Shown here piece by piece: positions 37,325-39,432 of a stretch of DNA of 39,432 nucleotides. Source of the DNA: Octopus bimaculoides (Eukaryota). The number at the start of each line of letters is the position of its first letter. Positions within the stretch are counted from its first letter, which is position 1. The stretch is taken from contig NC_068984.1 in assembly GCF_001194135.2 (NCBI RefSeq), positions 73,491,835-73,531,266 on the forward strand, written 5' to 3'. The notes under the pieces are model-generated. The model saw only the letters and a program-made list of their open reading frames with translations. It did no database searches and had not been told where the DNA came from. The translations under genes were made by a program, and so were the position numbers.

Positions 37325-37744
37325 GGTCATCTACTATATGTTTTCCTTGAGTGGACAGCAAGGCCTGCCTTTCTCCATGTCACAAAACCACTATGACAGG
37401 CAAGGTTTACATTTGGAGGAGAGGCATTTTGCCAGTGTGCCTTCATGCTTACACTAAGTTGGTCCAAAGTTGGAGTTGACTGCTCAAATCTTTGAACTGA
37501 GGAGAAGCAAAACTGGTGCCAGGTCCTGCATTCTGATGGGTTTTTTTTCCCCAGGAAGAAAGGAAAGGGAATGTTGCATTGGTTCAGATTGCCTTTGAAG
37601 CACAAGAGGGACCTTTCAAATGACCTTCCTGTTGGCAGCTGGCCAAAGAGAAGTTGTTTCAGAATTCTGATATTACTCATATATGAGATATGACTTGACC
37701 ATCTTAGCTGTATTTTGATATGGATGGATTTAATACTTGATATA
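37325..37744 (-). mobile_element. Second decayed RTE-like LINE C-terminal fragment
   Basis: ORF 37327-37803 contains QLRWSSHISYMSNIRILKQLLFGQLPTGRSFERSLLCFKGNLNQCNI...CRTWHQ...ACHSGFVTWRKAGLAVHSRK, the RTE C-terminal region with a degenerate terminal C2H2-like finger. Confidence 0.75.
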
Positions 37745-38105
37745 CAGGGTGCAGTGAATATATTGTCATATAAATTATGCAAAAATGAAAATAACATTGA
37801 CATCTCATTTTAACAGATATATTTACCAAAATTATATAAAAATATCTTAAAATACTAAAGAGTAAATTTAGTCAATAAAATTGCCATTGGCTTCAAACAT
37901 GGTCTCCAGACAACTTCAGAATTTCCTGCATCTCTTCTAGACAGTCTCCTTGTTTAAGTTGGTGAATGCTGCTATAATCCTTGCCTTCAGTTCATCTTTT
38001 GTGTTACAAAGAGTTTTGTTAGTCTCTCACTCAACTGCACCCCACACATCATAATCAAGGGGGTTGCAGTCTGGGGAGTGAGGTGGCCAGATGTTAGGAG
38101 TGGTA
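37745..38105 (-). mobile_element. Tc1/mariner (maT/DD37D-like) 3' end with TIR
   Basis: Minus strand TPNIWPPHSPDCNPLDYDVWGAVE*ETNKTLCNTKDELKARIIAAF...FEANGNFID* (WPPxSPDLNPLD motif), followed by the terminus TA|CAGGGTGCAGTGAATATATTGTC at 37745. Confidence 0.85.
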
Positions 38106-38181
38106 TATATAAACATACATATATATATATATAATATATACATACATATATATATAATATATATATATACATACATATATT

Positions 38182-38352
38182 TGCTAGGACGATCTGGTAC
38201 TCGACTGAAGATTGAAAGCTCCGAATGACCCGTCCTTGCTTTTTCCTGTCCTTTTTGTACTGTCTACCTGTCCGTATGTCTTGTTGTCACCTGTTACATT
38301 CTTGTTCCATTTTTTGTGTTGTTTTTTTATATATACATATAGCTGTATGTAA

Positions 38353-38384
<32 letters not shown>

Positions 38385-39101
38385 CTAAATTCTGTACAAA
38401 TCTTAATCTTTCCTTTATCCCCTTTCACACTTTCTTCATTCCTTCTATTTTCCTTTTTCTCACTCCCACTCTCTCACACATTTCTTGGCCTTCCCTTCAT
38501 CCTCATCACTTTCCCTCCTCCTTTACCTCTATCTGTCTCTTTCCTTTTTTTCTCTTTTTCTCATCCCTCCCTAATTCTTCAATCCCTCTATCCCTCACAT
38601 CTCTACAATCCTTCCACATGACCAGTGTTCAGCCAAGCCTGACTTTTCTTTCTTGGTTCGACCACCATCCGTGTAGCATCTCTTATATACTTTCCTATGA
38701 CTTTCATCTTCTATGTTCCTGCAATAAGGCTTTCACTTCTACATATGCCAGCTTAATTTAATTCATCTTTAGTCGAAAAACACCTGTTGTTTATGACCTG
38801 TTGCTTGTATTTGTAATTGTGTACCATTTCTCCATTTTTTTTCATCCTTGTTTTTATATACATTTGATTGCTTTCTTCCAAAGAATCTAGCACTCTTAGC
38901 TCAGATTTTCTTGGGGTCAGCCAGATTAGAGCATTCTCAAGAGTAACTGGCCGAAACTGCTAGGACGATCTGGTACTCGACTAAAGATTGAAAGCTCCGA
39001 ATGACCCGACCTTGTTTATTCCTGTCCTTTTTTGTATCGTCTAACTGTCATGTTGTCACCTGTTATGTTCTTGTTCCATTTTTTGTATTGTTTTTATATA
39101 C
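38182..39101 (+). repeat. Two ~145-bp direct repeats (38182-~38330 and 38958-~39101; period 776 bp), each with a helix-II-less hammerhead-like motif
   Basis: Both start tgctaggacgatctggtactcgact(g/a)aagattgaaagctccgaatgacccg and stay alignable through gttgtcacctgtta...cttgttccattttttgt. Confidence 0.85.
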
Positions 39102-39432
39102 AATATATATATATAATATTTATACATACATATATATAAAATACATATACATACATATATATAAAATACTTATACATACATATATATAATATATATACAT
39201 ACATATATATAATAGCCAATTGCTTGACAACCGATGTCGGTGTGTTTACATAACTTAGTGGTTCACCAAAAGTGACCAATAGAATAAGTACCAGGCTTAC
39301 AAAGAATAAGTCCTGGGGTCGATTTGTTCAACTAAAGCTGGTGCTCCAGCTTGGCCACAGTCAAATGACTGAAACAAGTACAAAGAATACAAAAAAGTAA
39401 ATATATATATATATATGCATATATATATGTAT

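Noticed and set aside
1-39432. Prokaryotic-type features (CRISPR arrays, operons, rRNA)
   Set aside because: No regularly spaced repeat-spacer array or rRNA similarity seen; the sequence is spliced eukaryotic DNA.

Overview
Eukaryotic, AT-rich, microsatellite-dense scaffold DNA with six N gaps, most of them at simple repeats. The repeat style and SINE/LINE content suggest a coleoid cephalopod, probably Octopus (inference). The only host gene I can support is the 3' half of DNAJB13 (radial-spoke Hsp40) on the minus strand. It has three exons (29512-29380, 28604-28433, 26330-26180) with GT-AG junctions whose phases join into one ORF; the J-domain exons were not found in the window. The rest is a layered transposon graveyard: several tRNA-derived SINE families, RTE-type LINE remnants, a Penelope-like (GIY-YIG) remnant, a hAT/Buster fossil, three Tc1/mariner fragments and MITEs. 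The best leads are: (1) minimal type I hammerhead-ribozyme motifs with different palindromic helix III sequences, one downstream of the Penelope remnant and one pair in 776-bp-spaced direct repeats (retrozyme-like); (2) an RTE LINE whose reverse transcriptase carries a PHD-finger insertion and a modular 3' UTR; (3) two DNAJB13 codons where a single A-to-I edit would restore a conserved Gly. Most ORFs in the supplied track are microsatellite or N-gap artefacts. All family assignments come from recalled motif consensus, not database searches.
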